From positions 1 through 60,918 of the forward strand of contig CADBQW010000052.1 in NCBI GenBank assembly GCA_902796925.1: a stretch of DNA of 60,918 nt, given 5' to 3'. The notes below the pieces were generated by a model. It saw only the letters and a list, made by a program, of their open reading frames with translations, was not told the origin of the DNA and made no database searches. Positions 37,157 to 47,443 of this stretch are shown piece by piece. The position numbers and the translations under genes are program-made. Numbering within the stretch: the first letter of the stretch is position 1; every line of letters starts with the position of its first letter. Source of the stretch: an uncultured bacterium (GTDB lineage: Bacteria > Cyanobacteriota > Vampirovibrionia > Gastranaerophilales > Gastranaerophilaceae).

Positions 37157-38534
37157 ATCAGATAAAATCTTAAATGAAATTATAAAACTTGCAGACACTA
37201 ACATATATTTAATCGGTGGCGCCGTAAGAGATTACGCTCAGGGCAATGATGTTTTTGATAGAGATATTGTTATAGAAAATGGTTCCTCAAAGGATTTCGT
37301 AAACAAAATAAAAGAATCCCTAGGAGGAACGGTAATTCCGCTTGATGAAGAGAACAAAATTTATAGAATAGTATTAAAGGATAAAGAAAACTTTATAGAT
37401 ATTGTTGAACCTATAGGTGGTTCGATAAACGATGATATAAAGAGGAGGGATTTGACAATAAATGCTATTGCGGTAAATCTAAAAACCTTTGATATAGTTG
37501 ATTTAGCGGGAGGCTTAGAGGATTTACACAAAGGCATTATCAGACAGATATGCGAAGAAAATTTTATTGATGATCCATTGAGACTTTTGCGGGTGTTTCG
37601 TTTTCAAGCAATGACAGGATTTTCAATATCAAAAGACACAATAGAATCGGTTAAAAAATATTCAAAACTTATTACACAACCTTCAAAAGAGCGAGTTAAT
37701 TACGAATTAATGAAACTTTTTTCAGGAAAATTCAGTTACGAAGCCTTAAAATCATCCGATGATTCTGGATTGTTGGAGTATTTGTTTCCGTTTGTAAAAG
37801 AACTAAAAAAGGTTCCGCCAAATACACATCATCACCTAGATTTATTCAACCATTCCCTTGAAGTAGTTCGACAACTTCAACTGATCTATGAACAATCCGA
37901 TTTTGAAGTAAAAAAACACTTGAATACAGTTGATTTTGGTGGTTTTTCCAGACTTGCACATTTAAAACTTGCGGGATTCATGCATGACATAGGGAAGTTT
38001 TCGACTTGGACAATAGAAAATGATACCGGCAGACACAGATTCATAAAACACGATGATGTTGGAGCAAAGATGTCAATTCCAATTTTAAAGAGTTTAAAGT
38101 TTTCTAAAAAACAGACAGATTATATTTCAACCCTTATAAAGAACCACATCTACCCTTCAGCGGTAATGCAATCACCGGAGATTAATGATAAAATTATGAT
38201 GCGTTATGTCAGAAAAATGGAAGATAATTCAATAGATGCGATTATGTTAGCAATGGCAGACAGGTTGTCCGCAAGAGGGGTTGATATAACAGAAGAAATA
38301 GTAAAACATAATCTTAGCTCATTAGAAAAACTGCTGCAATTTTATATGTCTGTAAGAGATACCCTAAAGCCGTTGCCGATTTTGTTAAATGGGAATGAAA
38401 TTATGGATATATTGAGTATAAATCCGTCTCCAAAACTTGGAAAAATTCTGGAGGCACTTCATGACCAACAACTAAATGGACAAATATCAACCAAAAAAGA
38501 GGCCATAATTTTTGTCAAAAATTTTAAAATTTAA
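37128..38534 (+). CDS. cca: CCA tRNA nucleotidyltransferase / poly(A) polymerase family protein with an HD domain
   Basis: YLIGGAVRDY, DRDIV, RRDLTINAIA and an HD-type region FMHDIGK...HDDVGA. Confidence 0.8.
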   Translation: MNSQILSKIKSDKILNEIIKLADTNIYLIGGAVRDYAQGNDVFDRDIVIENGSSKDFVNKIKESLGGTVIPLDEENKIYRIVLKDKENFIDIVEPIGGSINDDIKRRDLTINAIAVNLKTFDIVDLAGGLEDLHKGIIRQICEENFIDDPLRLLRVFRFQAMTGFSISKDTIESVKKYSKLITQPSKERVNYELMKLFSGKFSYEALKSSDDSGLLEYLFPFVKELKKVPPNTHHHLDLFNHSLEVVRQLQLIYEQSDFEVKKHLNTVDFGGFSRLAHLKLAGFMHDIGKFSTWTIENDTGRHRFIKHDDVGAKMSIPILKSLKFSKKQTDYISTLIKNHIYPSAVMQSPEINDKIMMRYVRKMEDNSIDAIMLAMADRLSARGVDITEEIVKHNLSSLEKLLQFYMSVRDTLKPLPILLNGNEIMDILSINPSPKLGKILEALHDQQLNGQISTKKEAIIFVKNFKI

Positions 38535-38785
38535 GAAAATTTATTAAAAAAATTGCCGTTTTGGCAAAAAATTTACAAAAATTTACATAAATTTATTCTC
38601 TAAAAAATCCTATTTTTCTAAATGATAAGTTACATAAAAACGCACATTATACTTGGAATTTTAAAATAATTTTTAAAAATTCTTAGCTTAGAAAATAAAT
38701 CAAAATTTGTTCTTAATAAAACCTTTACAAAAAGTGTAAATTAGGCAATTTTAAAAATTGACGGCTTTTAATATGAACGTAGTGC

Positions 38786-38794
38786 TGTTATAAT
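38786..38794 (+). promoter_or_regulatory. Extended -10 element (TGTTATAAT) upstream of the paralog pair
   Basis: TGnTATAAT lies 31 nt upstream of the ATG at 38826, inside a 291-bp AT-rich intergenic region. Confidence 0.3.
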
Positions 38795-38825
38795 TGTAGT
38801 TGTGTTAGATACCAGACGAAAATAA

Positions 38826-40475
38826 ATGATAGAAAAAGTAAGCGTAGTAAATTTAAACAAAAGACAAAATACCCCATCCACATCGACTGATAAACAAACA
38901 TCATTTAGCGGTTTAGGTGATGGCTTTATTCAGGCTATACAATGGTGTGAAAAATATCCTATGCTAAATGTAAGTGTACTGGATTTATCTACAGCAATAA
39001 TTCCAAGAACGGCTGTGGAAACAAAAGAGGCAAATGCATATGCCGGTTTTGAAGCATTTCGTCGGGAGAGTTCCGGATTAATTGTAAACTGTTTACTTCC
39101 CGGTTTTATAGTTTTGGGCTTATCCAGAATTTTGCAAGGCACGATAATGGGTGATTTCAAGAATTCTAAGGGCATCTATGGTTCTTGGGCAAATTCTGAT
39201 AGCTTAGACAAAATTCAAAAATATTATACGGAAGCCAAAGGGGAAGGCAGAGATAAAGTAAAAAATATGTTCACCAACATGTTTAATGATCTTGAAGGGG
39301 TTGATGGTGACGTATCAAAAGATGGACTAAAGGATTTCTCAAAACTTTACAGTAAACATAGTGAAGATTTTGACAAACATTTAAATACGCTTGTTGATGA
39401 GATAATGAAAGACAAGCCGAATAACAAAGTTGTAAAAAAAGCTATTGCAGACATAATTAATACAACCCATATATCAGAAAATATCAGATTCAAAGGGGAC
39501 AAGGAATTTTTCACAACTTCCTTTGACTCTTTATACAAAAGTGCAGTAAAAATGACAAACGGCATTCGCAAGGAAGGTTTGACAACAATACCTGATGTAG
39601 CGAAATACATATCAAGAGCAAAGAAACTGGTAAAAGTAAAGAGTTTAGCCGGACTTGGAATAGTTATACCTTTGGCCATATCAATGCAACCTTTGAACAG
39701 ATGGATAACGTCAAAACATTCAGGAAAGAAGGGTGCTCCGATATACAAAGATTACATTGAATCAGAACATAAAGAATTAACATCTGATGAAAAATCAAAA
39801 CTTTTAAAACAGAAGTTTGTATCAATTGGTTCAATGATTGGTGTGGCGATTCTTTCGATGATGAAATTACCGTCAATGAAGGTATTGGAATTCAAAGGTT
39901 TGTTCCCATCCATGGATCAAGCTAGGATAATTTCGACTGCTACATTTGCAAGCAGGATGGCAACATCAGAAGATAGAAACGAACTGAGAGAATCAACTAT
40001 TAGGGACATTGCAACATTCTCCGGATTATATTTCTTGGGTGATTACGCTGCAAAGGCTATAGCAACCGGCATTGAAAAATTTAATAAAGATATTCATCTG
40101 GTAAATAAATTAAAACCTGTAAAACCTGATGCCGGTACACTTTCGAAATTCTGGCACTGGGTAAAGAATACAAGTTTGAAGTCATCAGATGAACTAAGGT
40201 CTGCAAAAGAAAGACGATTAAGAACGGTATGTCAGTTAGGGAATTTAGCATTCTCACTTCTTGCGCTTGGGATATTTATTCCGGAACTATACAAGGCTCA
40301 GACGAATAGGAAACGTCAGCAGGAACTTGAAAAACAAGCACAAGTTGATAACAAGAGTAACAAAAGCAATAACACATCCACTAAAGTAATGTCAGACAAA
40401 TATGTTTATGATATTATGGATGCGGATATGAGTACCCCATTTAAATCATTTTTCAGCTCTCAAAGGATAAAGTAA
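38826..40475 (+). CDS. Large membrane protein, unknown family (paralog A)
   Basis: 549 aa with several hydrophobic segments. It shares conserved blocks with the next gene (VLDLSTAIIPRTAVE, SMQPLNRWITSK, FKGLFPSMDQ, NELRESTIRD). Confidence 0.7.
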   Translation: MIEKVSVVNLNKRQNTPSTSTDKQTSFSGLGDGFIQAIQWCEKYPMLNVSVLDLSTAIIPRTAVETKEANAYAGFEAFRRESSGLIVNCLLPGFIVLGLSRILQGTIMGDFKNSKGIYGSWANSDSLDKIQKYYTEAKGEGRDKVKNMFTNMFNDLEGVDGDVSKDGLKDFSKLYSKHSEDFDKHLNTLVDEIMKDKPNNKVVKKAIADIINTTHISENIRFKGDKEFFTTSFDSLYKSAVKMTNGIRKEGLTTIPDVAKYISRAKKLVKVKSLAGLGIVIPLAISMQPLNRWITSKHSGKKGAPIYKDYIESEHKELTSDEKSKLLKQKFVSIGSMIGVAILSMMKLPSMKVLEFKGLFPSMDQARIISTATFASRMATSEDRNELRESTIRDIATFSGLYFLGDYAAKAIATGIEKFNKDIHLVNKLKPVKPDAGTLSKFWHWVKNTSLKSSDELRSAKERRLRTVCQLGNLAFSLLALGIFIPELYKAQTNRKRQQELEKQAQVDNKSNKSNNTSTKVMSDKYVYDIMDADMSTPFKSFFSSQRIK

Positions 40476-40478
40476 CAT

Positions 40479-42173
40479 ATGCAAATTAACAAAATTAGTG
40501 TACAGCCATACAATTCAAAAGAACAACCCCAAGGTGTAAGTTTAAATAAAAATCAAACACCGTCATTTGGTAATGGTGTAGATTTATTTTTAAACTTCTT
40601 AGATACCCAGCAGGCAGTGGGGGCATGTGTTGTTGACTTAGGATCTATGGTTATACCGAGATCTACAGTTGATTTTATAAATAGAGGGCCTTCGGCAGGG
40701 GCAGAAACAGCAAGACGTGAGGCTATGGGGACAACAAATCATGCTACCGTAGGTGTAGATGGATTACTTGTGGGCAGTGCTCTTGCGTTAGGACTAAATA
40801 GTAAATATGGGATAAAAGCACACAAAATTTTTGCTGATGATGCGACAATAAGTTTTGTAACTAAAAGTTGGCATAACGCACTTCATGACAGTGGTGCAGA
40901 AGATCCGTTGAAAAAACATGTTGATACATTTGTTGATAACATAAAGACATTTAATCCGTCAGCAGAATGGGCGCAAGATGGATATGCATCTATCAAAGAG
41001 GCTGATAAACTGGAGATAAAAGACTTTTTATATAGAAAGCTCAAATCTGCAAATGGAAAAGCTTTGGGTAAAAAAGAGTGTGAAGCTCTATTTGCAATGA
41101 TAACAGCCGCAACAGGAGGAGAGAAAGAAGCTATATTAGATGCGAAAGCAGTAGGTGAACGCGTAAATGCTGTAGATAACTTAAAGAATATGATATCAAA
41201 CTTCAGTAAAATAACGGAAGCTTGTCAATCAGAAAAAGTTAAAGAAGCGTTTATGAATACTGCGGAATTTGGCAAGAATGAAGTTGTAAAAAGTCTAAAA
41301 CACTTGAATTTACGGCGTACTATCGGAGGATTGGCAATAGCGACAACCATAGGTATGTCAACTCAGCCTGTAAATATGTATTTAACGAAGAAAAAGACCG
41401 GACAAGATGGATTTCCTGCAGATCCTGACAGAAAGAAAGATAGAAGTGTCGGATTCAAAATATTAAAGACACTGACCGGTCTTGCATTTGCGACAGGTGC
41501 ATTGGCTACAATAACGACAAAGCCATCCAAATTTTTAAGTAAAATACAATTTCAGGGCTGGTTGCCGACTATTGACCAGTTGAAACTTGTCTATGGTTTA
41601 ACGATTACTTCAAGGTTATTTGTAGCAAGGGATAAGGATGAGCTCAGAGAGTCTCTTGTAAAGGATACTTTAGGCTTCTTGAACCTTCTTATACTTGGCA
41701 GTCTTGTAACAAAAGGTGTTGCAAGGGCGTTTGACAAAACATTGATAAATAAGGGCAAAAACTTCTTGTCATCGTCATTGAAAACAAGGGCAGAAGTTTT
41801 AATGCCGGCGATGAAAAAGTATGGAAAATCTTTACTTAAAGCAGATGGTAGTCCTTTAAAATTCAATGAAATGTTAAAACTTGTAAAAGAACTTCCGGAA
41901 CAGGAACAAAAAATATTAAAGAAACAGTTAGGGGCGCTAAATTGGTCGCAATTTATCGGGTACTTGTATTCTGGAGTTGTTCTGGGTGTTGGAATCCCTA
42001 AGTTAAATATCTATATGACAAATAAGGCTGCAGCGCGTCGTGAACGTGAGCGTTTAGCTGCTGCAGATAGCCAAAATCAAGATATAGAAAAGACAACAAA
42101 AGACAATGATCCAAATTTTTCTTCAAATTCTAAACGTTTAAGTTTTGAAGATAAACAATTTATAATAAAATAA
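40479..42173 (+). CDS. Large membrane protein, unknown family (paralog B)
   Basis: 564 aa, beginning 3 nt after paralog A. The matching blocks are VVDLGSMVIPRSTVD, STQPVNMYLTKK, FQGWLPTIDQ and DELRESLVKD. Confidence 0.7.
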   Translation: MQINKISVQPYNSKEQPQGVSLNKNQTPSFGNGVDLFLNFLDTQQAVGACVVDLGSMVIPRSTVDFINRGPSAGAETARREAMGTTNHATVGVDGLLVGSALALGLNSKYGIKAHKIFADDATISFVTKSWHNALHDSGAEDPLKKHVDTFVDNIKTFNPSAEWAQDGYASIKEADKLEIKDFLYRKLKSANGKALGKKECEALFAMITAATGGEKEAILDAKAVGERVNAVDNLKNMISNFSKITEACQSEKVKEAFMNTAEFGKNEVVKSLKHLNLRRTIGGLAIATTIGMSTQPVNMYLTKKKTGQDGFPADPDRKKDRSVGFKILKTLTGLAFATGALATITTKPSKFLSKIQFQGWLPTIDQLKLVYGLTITSRLFVARDKDELRESLVKDTLGFLNLLILGSLVTKGVARAFDKTLINKGKNFLSSSLKTRAEVLMPAMKKYGKSLLKADGSPLKFNEMLKLVKELPEQEQKILKKQLGALNWSQFIGYLYSGVVLGVGIPKLNIYMTNKAAARRERERLAAADSQNQDIEKTTKDNDPNFSSNSKRLSFEDKQFIIK

Positions 42174-42292
42174 AAAAGATACTTGACTTTTGCAAAACTA
42201 CTTAAAATGTTACATTCCGTAATTTTTCGAAATTATAATTCGCACCGAACTTATTTTTAAAACAGATGTATCATGCAGGTTTTATTACAAAA

Positions 42293-43957
42293 TTAATTAT
42301 CAGTATTAAAAAGGTTAAATAATCTTCCTTTTATATCATCATCGTCTAATTCGTCGGTTAATTTATTTAAATCCATTGCCATTTGATAGTAATTTGCCGC
42401 ATCGTTAATAAAACCCAGGGCTTCAGAAGCGCGCGCCGCGTTAAAATAAGCAAGAGTATAATTTGCATTTAGTGAAATTGCTTCTTCAAAAAATTCTAAT
42501 GCTGTTTCAGCATCTCCAATTCCATCGAGATACAAAATCCCAAGATTATTTTGAGCAAATTCATTATCCGGTTTAAGTTCAACTGCCTTATGATATGCAA
42601 CGAGGGCTTCTTCCAAATAGTCTTTTTCCCATAGGGCAACCCCCGCTTTTGTGTATCCACGATAATCATCCGGGTTTAAGGTTATTGCATCGCAATATGT
42701 GCGTATAGCCTTGTCAAGATTGTATTCTGCCATATGAGTATCACCAAGTGAAAGATATAAATCATAATTTTTTGGGTCAAGTATAATTCCTGCTTGATAT
42801 GTTGATACTGCCGCTTCGACGTTTCCTTTTATTTCAGCATAGATTGCACCCAGCGCTTGACAAACAATCGATGTCCATTCGTTATCAGGATTTATTGAAA
42901 TTGCTTTTTGGTAGCATTCTATAGCATCATCATATAATTCAGCTTTGGTATATGCGTAACCTAATGAATTGTTATAGAATGCATTTTCCGGCTCAATTTC
43001 GAGTGCAAGTTTGAATGCACTTATGGAATTCAACTTATCATTTTTCCTTAAATATAAGTGTCCCAATTCATAATATATTGCCGCTGTATCAATATCGAAC
43101 TCTAAAAGCCTTTCGTAGTAATCGACCACTTCATCAATATTATCAGGATAATTTGCCTGGAGTACTTTTACTAATTTTATTAAAACTTCGCGATTTAAAG
43201 GATTAATTTCTATAACTTTTCTGTAACAATCAAGAGCGAGATCAACTTCATTATTTCTTAGCTGAATATCACCCATTTTGTCATAGAAAATTTCCCCGTG
43301 AGGAGTATTCTTTATTGCCGATTGATAAATCTTTTCAGCATTGGGATACAGTTTAAATCTTTCGCAAAATTTACCTGCAGTATTGTATGAAAAAACACAA
43401 ATGTCGTCAGAAAGATTTTCATAAAACATTTTTAAAGACGGCTTATCCCAGGCCAACATTACACTGCCTGAGAGAAAATAATATACAAAGTTGAGATAAT
43501 CTTTTAATTTGGCATCACCTGAATTCATCTTCTGCAATATCGATTCAGATAGGATTAGTCTCGGTCTTGCAGATTTGAAACCTTGTTTTTGGATAGCAAC
43601 TTTGAATTCTTTTTCTGCAGAAGCATAATCTTGTGCCGCGCGCATAAAATATCCGGTGTAAAGATGTGCGTTACTATTAGAAGGACAAAGTGATACGGCA
43701 GTTTTACACTGTTCAATAGCAGTTTCAACACTAATTTGGCCTTGTTCCCACATCAATGATGCCAACCTATAATATGCTTCCGGCAAAGTCGGGTCCATTT
43801 TAACCGCATCAATATAGTTGGTTATTGCTTCTTGCATATCATTATTGTTTTTACATACAAGATAGCGTTCATGCGCTTCTCTGGCTTTTTCTAATGCCAC
43901 TTTGGCACAGTTTATATTTTCGGTTTGTGTATTTTGTATAACCACCTGTTCTGACAT
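42293..43957 (-). CDS. Tetratricopeptide repeat (TPR) protein
   Basis: At least 10 TPR-like 34-residue repeats (A..Y..AI..NP......A...LG pattern). The start is set at ATG 43957, after a GGAG Shine-Dalgarno sequence; the track start is 43999. Confidence 0.8.
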   Translation of the reverse strand: MSEQVVIQNTQTENINCAKVALEKAREAHERYLVCKNNNDMQEAITNYIDAVKMDPTLPEAYYRLASLMWEQGQISVETAIEQCKTAVSLCPSNSNAHLYTGYFMRAAQDYASAEKEFKVAIQKQGFKSARPRLILSESILQKMNSGDAKLKDYLNFVYYFLSGSVMLAWDKPSLKMFYENLSDDICVFSYNTAGKFCERFKLYPNAEKIYQSAIKNTPHGEIFYDKMGDIQLRNNEVDLALDCYRKVIEINPLNREVLIKLVKVLQANYPDNIDEVVDYYERLLEFDIDTAAIYYELGHLYLRKNDKLNSISAFKLALEIEPENAFYNNSLGYAYTKAELYDDAIECYQKAISINPDNEWTSIVCQALGAIYAEIKGNVEAAVSTYQAGIILDPKNYDLYLSLGDTHMAEYNLDKAIRTYCDAITLNPDDYRGYTKAGVALWEKDYLEEALVAYHKAVELKPDNEFAQNNLGILYLDGIGDAETALEFFEEAISLNANYTLAYFNAARASEALGFINDAANYYQMAMDLNKLTDELDDDDIKGRLFNLFNTDN

Positions 43958-44075
43958 ATTGAGCTCCAAAATAATCTGCTGATTTTTTAAACGGCACATT
44001 TATTATAATCTTTACAAACTTAATAAAAAATCGTACAGATGGAGTAGAAATATTCTTTGTAATATAATTGTTGTT

Positions 44076-45956
44076 ATGAGCTACGTTAATAACAAGTTTG
44101 ATATAGTTGTAGTGGGAGCCGGACATGCCGGCTGTGAAGCAGCTATTGCTTGTGCAAGATTAGGTGCAAAAGTTCTTTTATCGACCCTAAATGTTGAGAA
44201 TATTGCGCTTATGCCATGCAACCCCGCTATTGGAGGTCCTGCAAAATCTACGCTTGTAAGAGAAATTGATGCTTTGGGCGGAATTATGGGAGAAGTTGCA
44301 GATGCGACATATATTCAAATGAAAACTCTCAACTCATCGAAAGGTCCCGCGGTCAGAGCGCTCCGAGCTCAATCCGATAAACGCGAATATATGCACTATA
44401 TGAGGAATATTATAGAAAGTACAGATAACATCTATCTGAGACAGGCTTGCATTGTTGAATTAAAGGTTGAAAATGGGAGAGTAGTTGGTGTTGTTGATGA
44501 ATTTGGGATTGAATATAGCGCAAGAGCAGTAATTCTCACAACCGGAACATCTTTAATGGGTCGAATATTTGTGGGGCTTAATTCATATAGCGCCGGTAGA
44601 CTTGGCGAACAGGCGGCAATCGGTCTTTCCGATTCACTTATTAAAAACGGTATTACACTAAAAAAACTCAAAACCGGAACTCCCCCTCGTGTTGATAAAA
44701 GAACAATAGATTATTCAAAATTACAAGTTGAAACGGGTGATGAGGAATTAAATTTCTATTCCTTTAAGCCCAACCGGCCAATCCGGCCTCAATACCCTTG
44801 CTACCTTACAGGAACAAATGAAGAAACCCACAATATTATCAGGGCAAACCTTGACAAATCCCCAATGTATAGCGGGTTAATTCAAGGTGTTGGCCCGCGC
44901 TATTGTCCTTCAATTGAAGATAAAGTTGTTCGTTTCGCCCAAAATTCTTCGCACCATATATTTGTCGAACCTGAAGGATTAGGGACTTACGAAATGTACA
45001 TTCAAGGATTCTCAAGCAGCTTGCCTGCAGATGTTCAGGTAAAAATGCTTCGAACCTTACCGGGATTGGAAAAAGCGCACGTTATAAAGCCTGCGTATGC
45101 CGTTGAATACGACTACGTTCCTGCAGTACAAACTACACATTCTTTAATGTCAAAAGTGGTGCAGGGATTATTTCTGGGCGGTCAAATTAACGGTACAAGC
45201 GGCTACGAAGAAGCCGCAGCACAAGGTCTTGTTGCAGGCATAAATGCTTTTAATTATATTTCAGGATGTGAAATGTTAGAACTTTCAAGAAGTTCTTCCT
45301 ATATCGGAACCCTCATTGACGATTTGGTTACAAAAGATATTCAAGATCCGTATAGAATGCTTACCTCCCGTTCCGAATACAGGCTACTTTTGAGGCAGGA
45401 TAATGCAGACGAAAGACTCAGTGAAATTGGCCACAAAATCGGATTAATTGACAACAAACAATACGATATATTCAAGCAAAAACAAGAACATATTAAACAA
45501 GAACTTGAAAGAATTCAAAAGGTTACAATTCATGCTACAGAAGATGTAAATGATATACTGGCTAAGTATGGTGAGCATATTGATAGAGGCATGAGAATTT
45601 CAGAGCTGATAAAACGGCCAAATATAAACTACAAAGTTATTCAAGAATTAGATTCTGACAGCAGAAATGTCCCTCGCGATGTTTCAGAACAAGTGGAGAT
45701 TTTAACAAAATATGACGGCTATTTAAAACGCCAAGAATACCAAATCGAACAGGCTTCAAAACTTGATAAATTCAAAATTCCTGAAGATTTAGATTACTCA
45801 AAAATTGAACATATTTCATCGGAATCAAAAGATAAATTGAATAAAATTCGCCCTAAAACACTCGCTCAAGCTTCGCGTATCGGCGGGGTCAAACCGGCCG
45901 ATATATCCGTTTTAATGGTAATGCTTGAACGACACAAGCTTTATGATAAGATATAG
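44076..45956 (+). CDS. mnmG: tRNA uridine 5-carboxymethylaminomethyl modification enzyme MnmG (GidA)
   Basis: FDIVVVGAGHAGCEAA FAD-binding motif, GPRYCPSIEDK and the conserved C-terminal domain. Confidence 0.95.
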   Translation: MSYVNNKFDIVVVGAGHAGCEAAIACARLGAKVLLSTLNVENIALMPCNPAIGGPAKSTLVREIDALGGIMGEVADATYIQMKTLNSSKGPAVRALRAQSDKREYMHYMRNIIESTDNIYLRQACIVELKVENGRVVGVVDEFGIEYSARAVILTTGTSLMGRIFVGLNSYSAGRLGEQAAIGLSDSLIKNGITLKKLKTGTPPRVDKRTIDYSKLQVETGDEELNFYSFKPNRPIRPQYPCYLTGTNEETHNIIRANLDKSPMYSGLIQGVGPRYCPSIEDKVVRFAQNSSHHIFVEPEGLGTYEMYIQGFSSSLPADVQVKMLRTLPGLEKAHVIKPAYAVEYDYVPAVQTTHSLMSKVVQGLFLGGQINGTSGYEEAAAQGLVAGINAFNYISGCEMLELSRSSSYIGTLIDDLVTKDIQDPYRMLTSRSEYRLLLRQDNADERLSEIGHKIGLIDNKQYDIFKQKQEHIKQELERIQKVTIHATEDVNDILAKYGEHIDRGMRISELIKRPNINYKVIQELDSDSRNVPRDVSEQVEILTKYDGYLKRQEYQIEQASKLDKFKIPEDLDYSKIEHISSESKDKLNKIRPKTLAQASRIGGVKPADISVLMVMLERHKLYDKI

Positions 45957-45971
45957 TTAGGTTGGAAAAAT

Positions 45972-46844
45972 ATGTGGTTTAGATTAATACTATATATCAT
46001 AATATATGTATTCGTGGGAATTTTGGATGCTTTTGGCTCCCGCAGCAGACGAAGATGGCGCCGAAGATTATATGGTAATCGTTATGCCTATAATTATCAA
46101 GATGAAAATAACGACTTTGCTGAAAACCTAAGAGCTTTTTTCAGAAGACGCCGTGCTTTAAAAAAAGCCAAAAGTTTTATCACTAAAAAAAAGAATACTT
46201 TCACATTAAAAAATTCTAACGTTATATTCATCTATGATTCAAAAAAGAAAACTTTTGTTTGCATAAATGCTAATAATATGAAAATTGCATCAAGTGTAGA
46301 TTGGAAAATTCAGTATAAATACGCTATCGAATTTTCCAATGATAATACTTTTGAGCAAACTTTCGATAATATTTGTCTCTCATTTGACAATTTTTCAACT
46401 TATGAGGGCATTTTAAAGGTGTTAAAACATGAGTTTAATGAAGTGGCAGAAACCTCTCCGGCAACAGATATTCCCCATAATGTTATAACGCACAAATCAA
46501 ATATAGAAATTCCTAAACGGGCAAATCGTCTGAATATTAACGAAGCTACCGAAGATGAACTTGCCAAACTCCCCGGAATAAGTCTTGTTATAGCAAAAAA
46601 AATTATAAAGCGAAGGGCCAAAAATTTCTTTATATCAAACGAAGAAATGTTTAAGGAAATGAAAATTAAACAACATTTTCAACTGAATTTAAGCAAGTTA
46701 ATATGCGCCAACCCTCCTAAAAAAATATCAGCAAAAACTCATACACCTAATGATATACAAATTGATGTTATTGAAAATACTACTCAAAAAACAAGTGAAT
46801 ACAGAAATAAAGATGATGGAGAAGATAGGGTTGTAGATTTCTAA
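45972..46844 (+). CDS. Membrane-anchored helix-hairpin-helix (ComEA-like) protein with an arginine-rich linker
   Basis: N-terminal TM, then SRSRRRWRRRLYG...FFRRRRALKK, then an HhH motif LNINEATEDELAKLPGISLVIAKKIIKRR. Confidence 0.5.
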   Translation: MWFRLILYIIIYVFVGILDAFGSRSRRRWRRRLYGNRYAYNYQDENNDFAENLRAFFRRRRALKKAKSFITKKKNTFTLKNSNVIFIYDSKKKTFVCINANNMKIASSVDWKIQYKYAIEFSNDNTFEQTFDNICLSFDNFSTYEGILKVLKHEFNEVAETSPATDIPHNVITHKSNIEIPKRANRLNINEATEDELAKLPGISLVIAKKIIKRRAKNFFISNEEMFKEMKIKQHFQLNLSKLICANPPKKISAKTHTPNDIQIDVIENTTQKTSEYRNKDDGEDRVVDF

Positions 46845-46845
46845 A

Positions 46846-47436
46846 ATGGGTAGGGTTAGAGTTTATAAGATATTAAAGTCATCGAAGGTAGAAGGACCGG
46901 GAATCCGTTATTGTATATGGTTTCAAGGCTGCTCAAGGCACTGTAAAGGATGTTTTGCCAAAGCTACCTGGTCTCACACCGAAGGTATAGAATTAGATAT
47001 GGATGATATTTTAAACGATATTTCATTACAAAAAAACATCGAAGGTGTTACTTTCCTGGGCGGTGAACCCTTTGAACAGCCGGAAGCACTTAAATATTTG
47101 ACTGAAAAAATTAAATCAAAGGGTCTTTCAATTTTGTGTTTCACCGGTAACAGATTGGAAGATTTAAAAGAATTATACCCTGAAATATTGACAAATATAG
47201 ACATATTAATAGACGGTGAATTTGTTGATTCTCAAAAGGATTATTCCAGGCCCTGGGTTGGTTCCTGGAACCAAAGATACCATTTTTTAACTAACAGATA
47301 TAACGAATCTATATTAAACAATTACAAAAACAAAATAGAAATAAATATCCAAAAAAATGGTGTTATGTTTATTAACGGTATGGGAAATTTCGAAAAGTTT
47401 GTATCTAATCTAGATAATATGTTAACCTTGCACTAA
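46846..47436 (+). CDS. Radical SAM activating enzyme, NrdG-like (anaerobic RNR activase family)
   Basis: VEGPGIRYCIWFQGCSRHCKGCF (CxxxCxxC cluster) and GVTFLGGEP. No nrdD gene is adjacent. Confidence 0.7.
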   Translation: MGRVRVYKILKSSKVEGPGIRYCIWFQGCSRHCKGCFAKATWSHTEGIELDMDDILNDISLQKNIEGVTFLGGEPFEQPEALKYLTEKIKSKGLSILCFTGNRLEDLKELYPEILTNIDILIDGEFVDSQKDYSRPWVGSWNQRYHFLTNRYNESILNNYKNKIEINIQKNGVMFINGMGNFEKFVSNLDNMLTLH

Positions 47437-47443
47437 ACTATGC

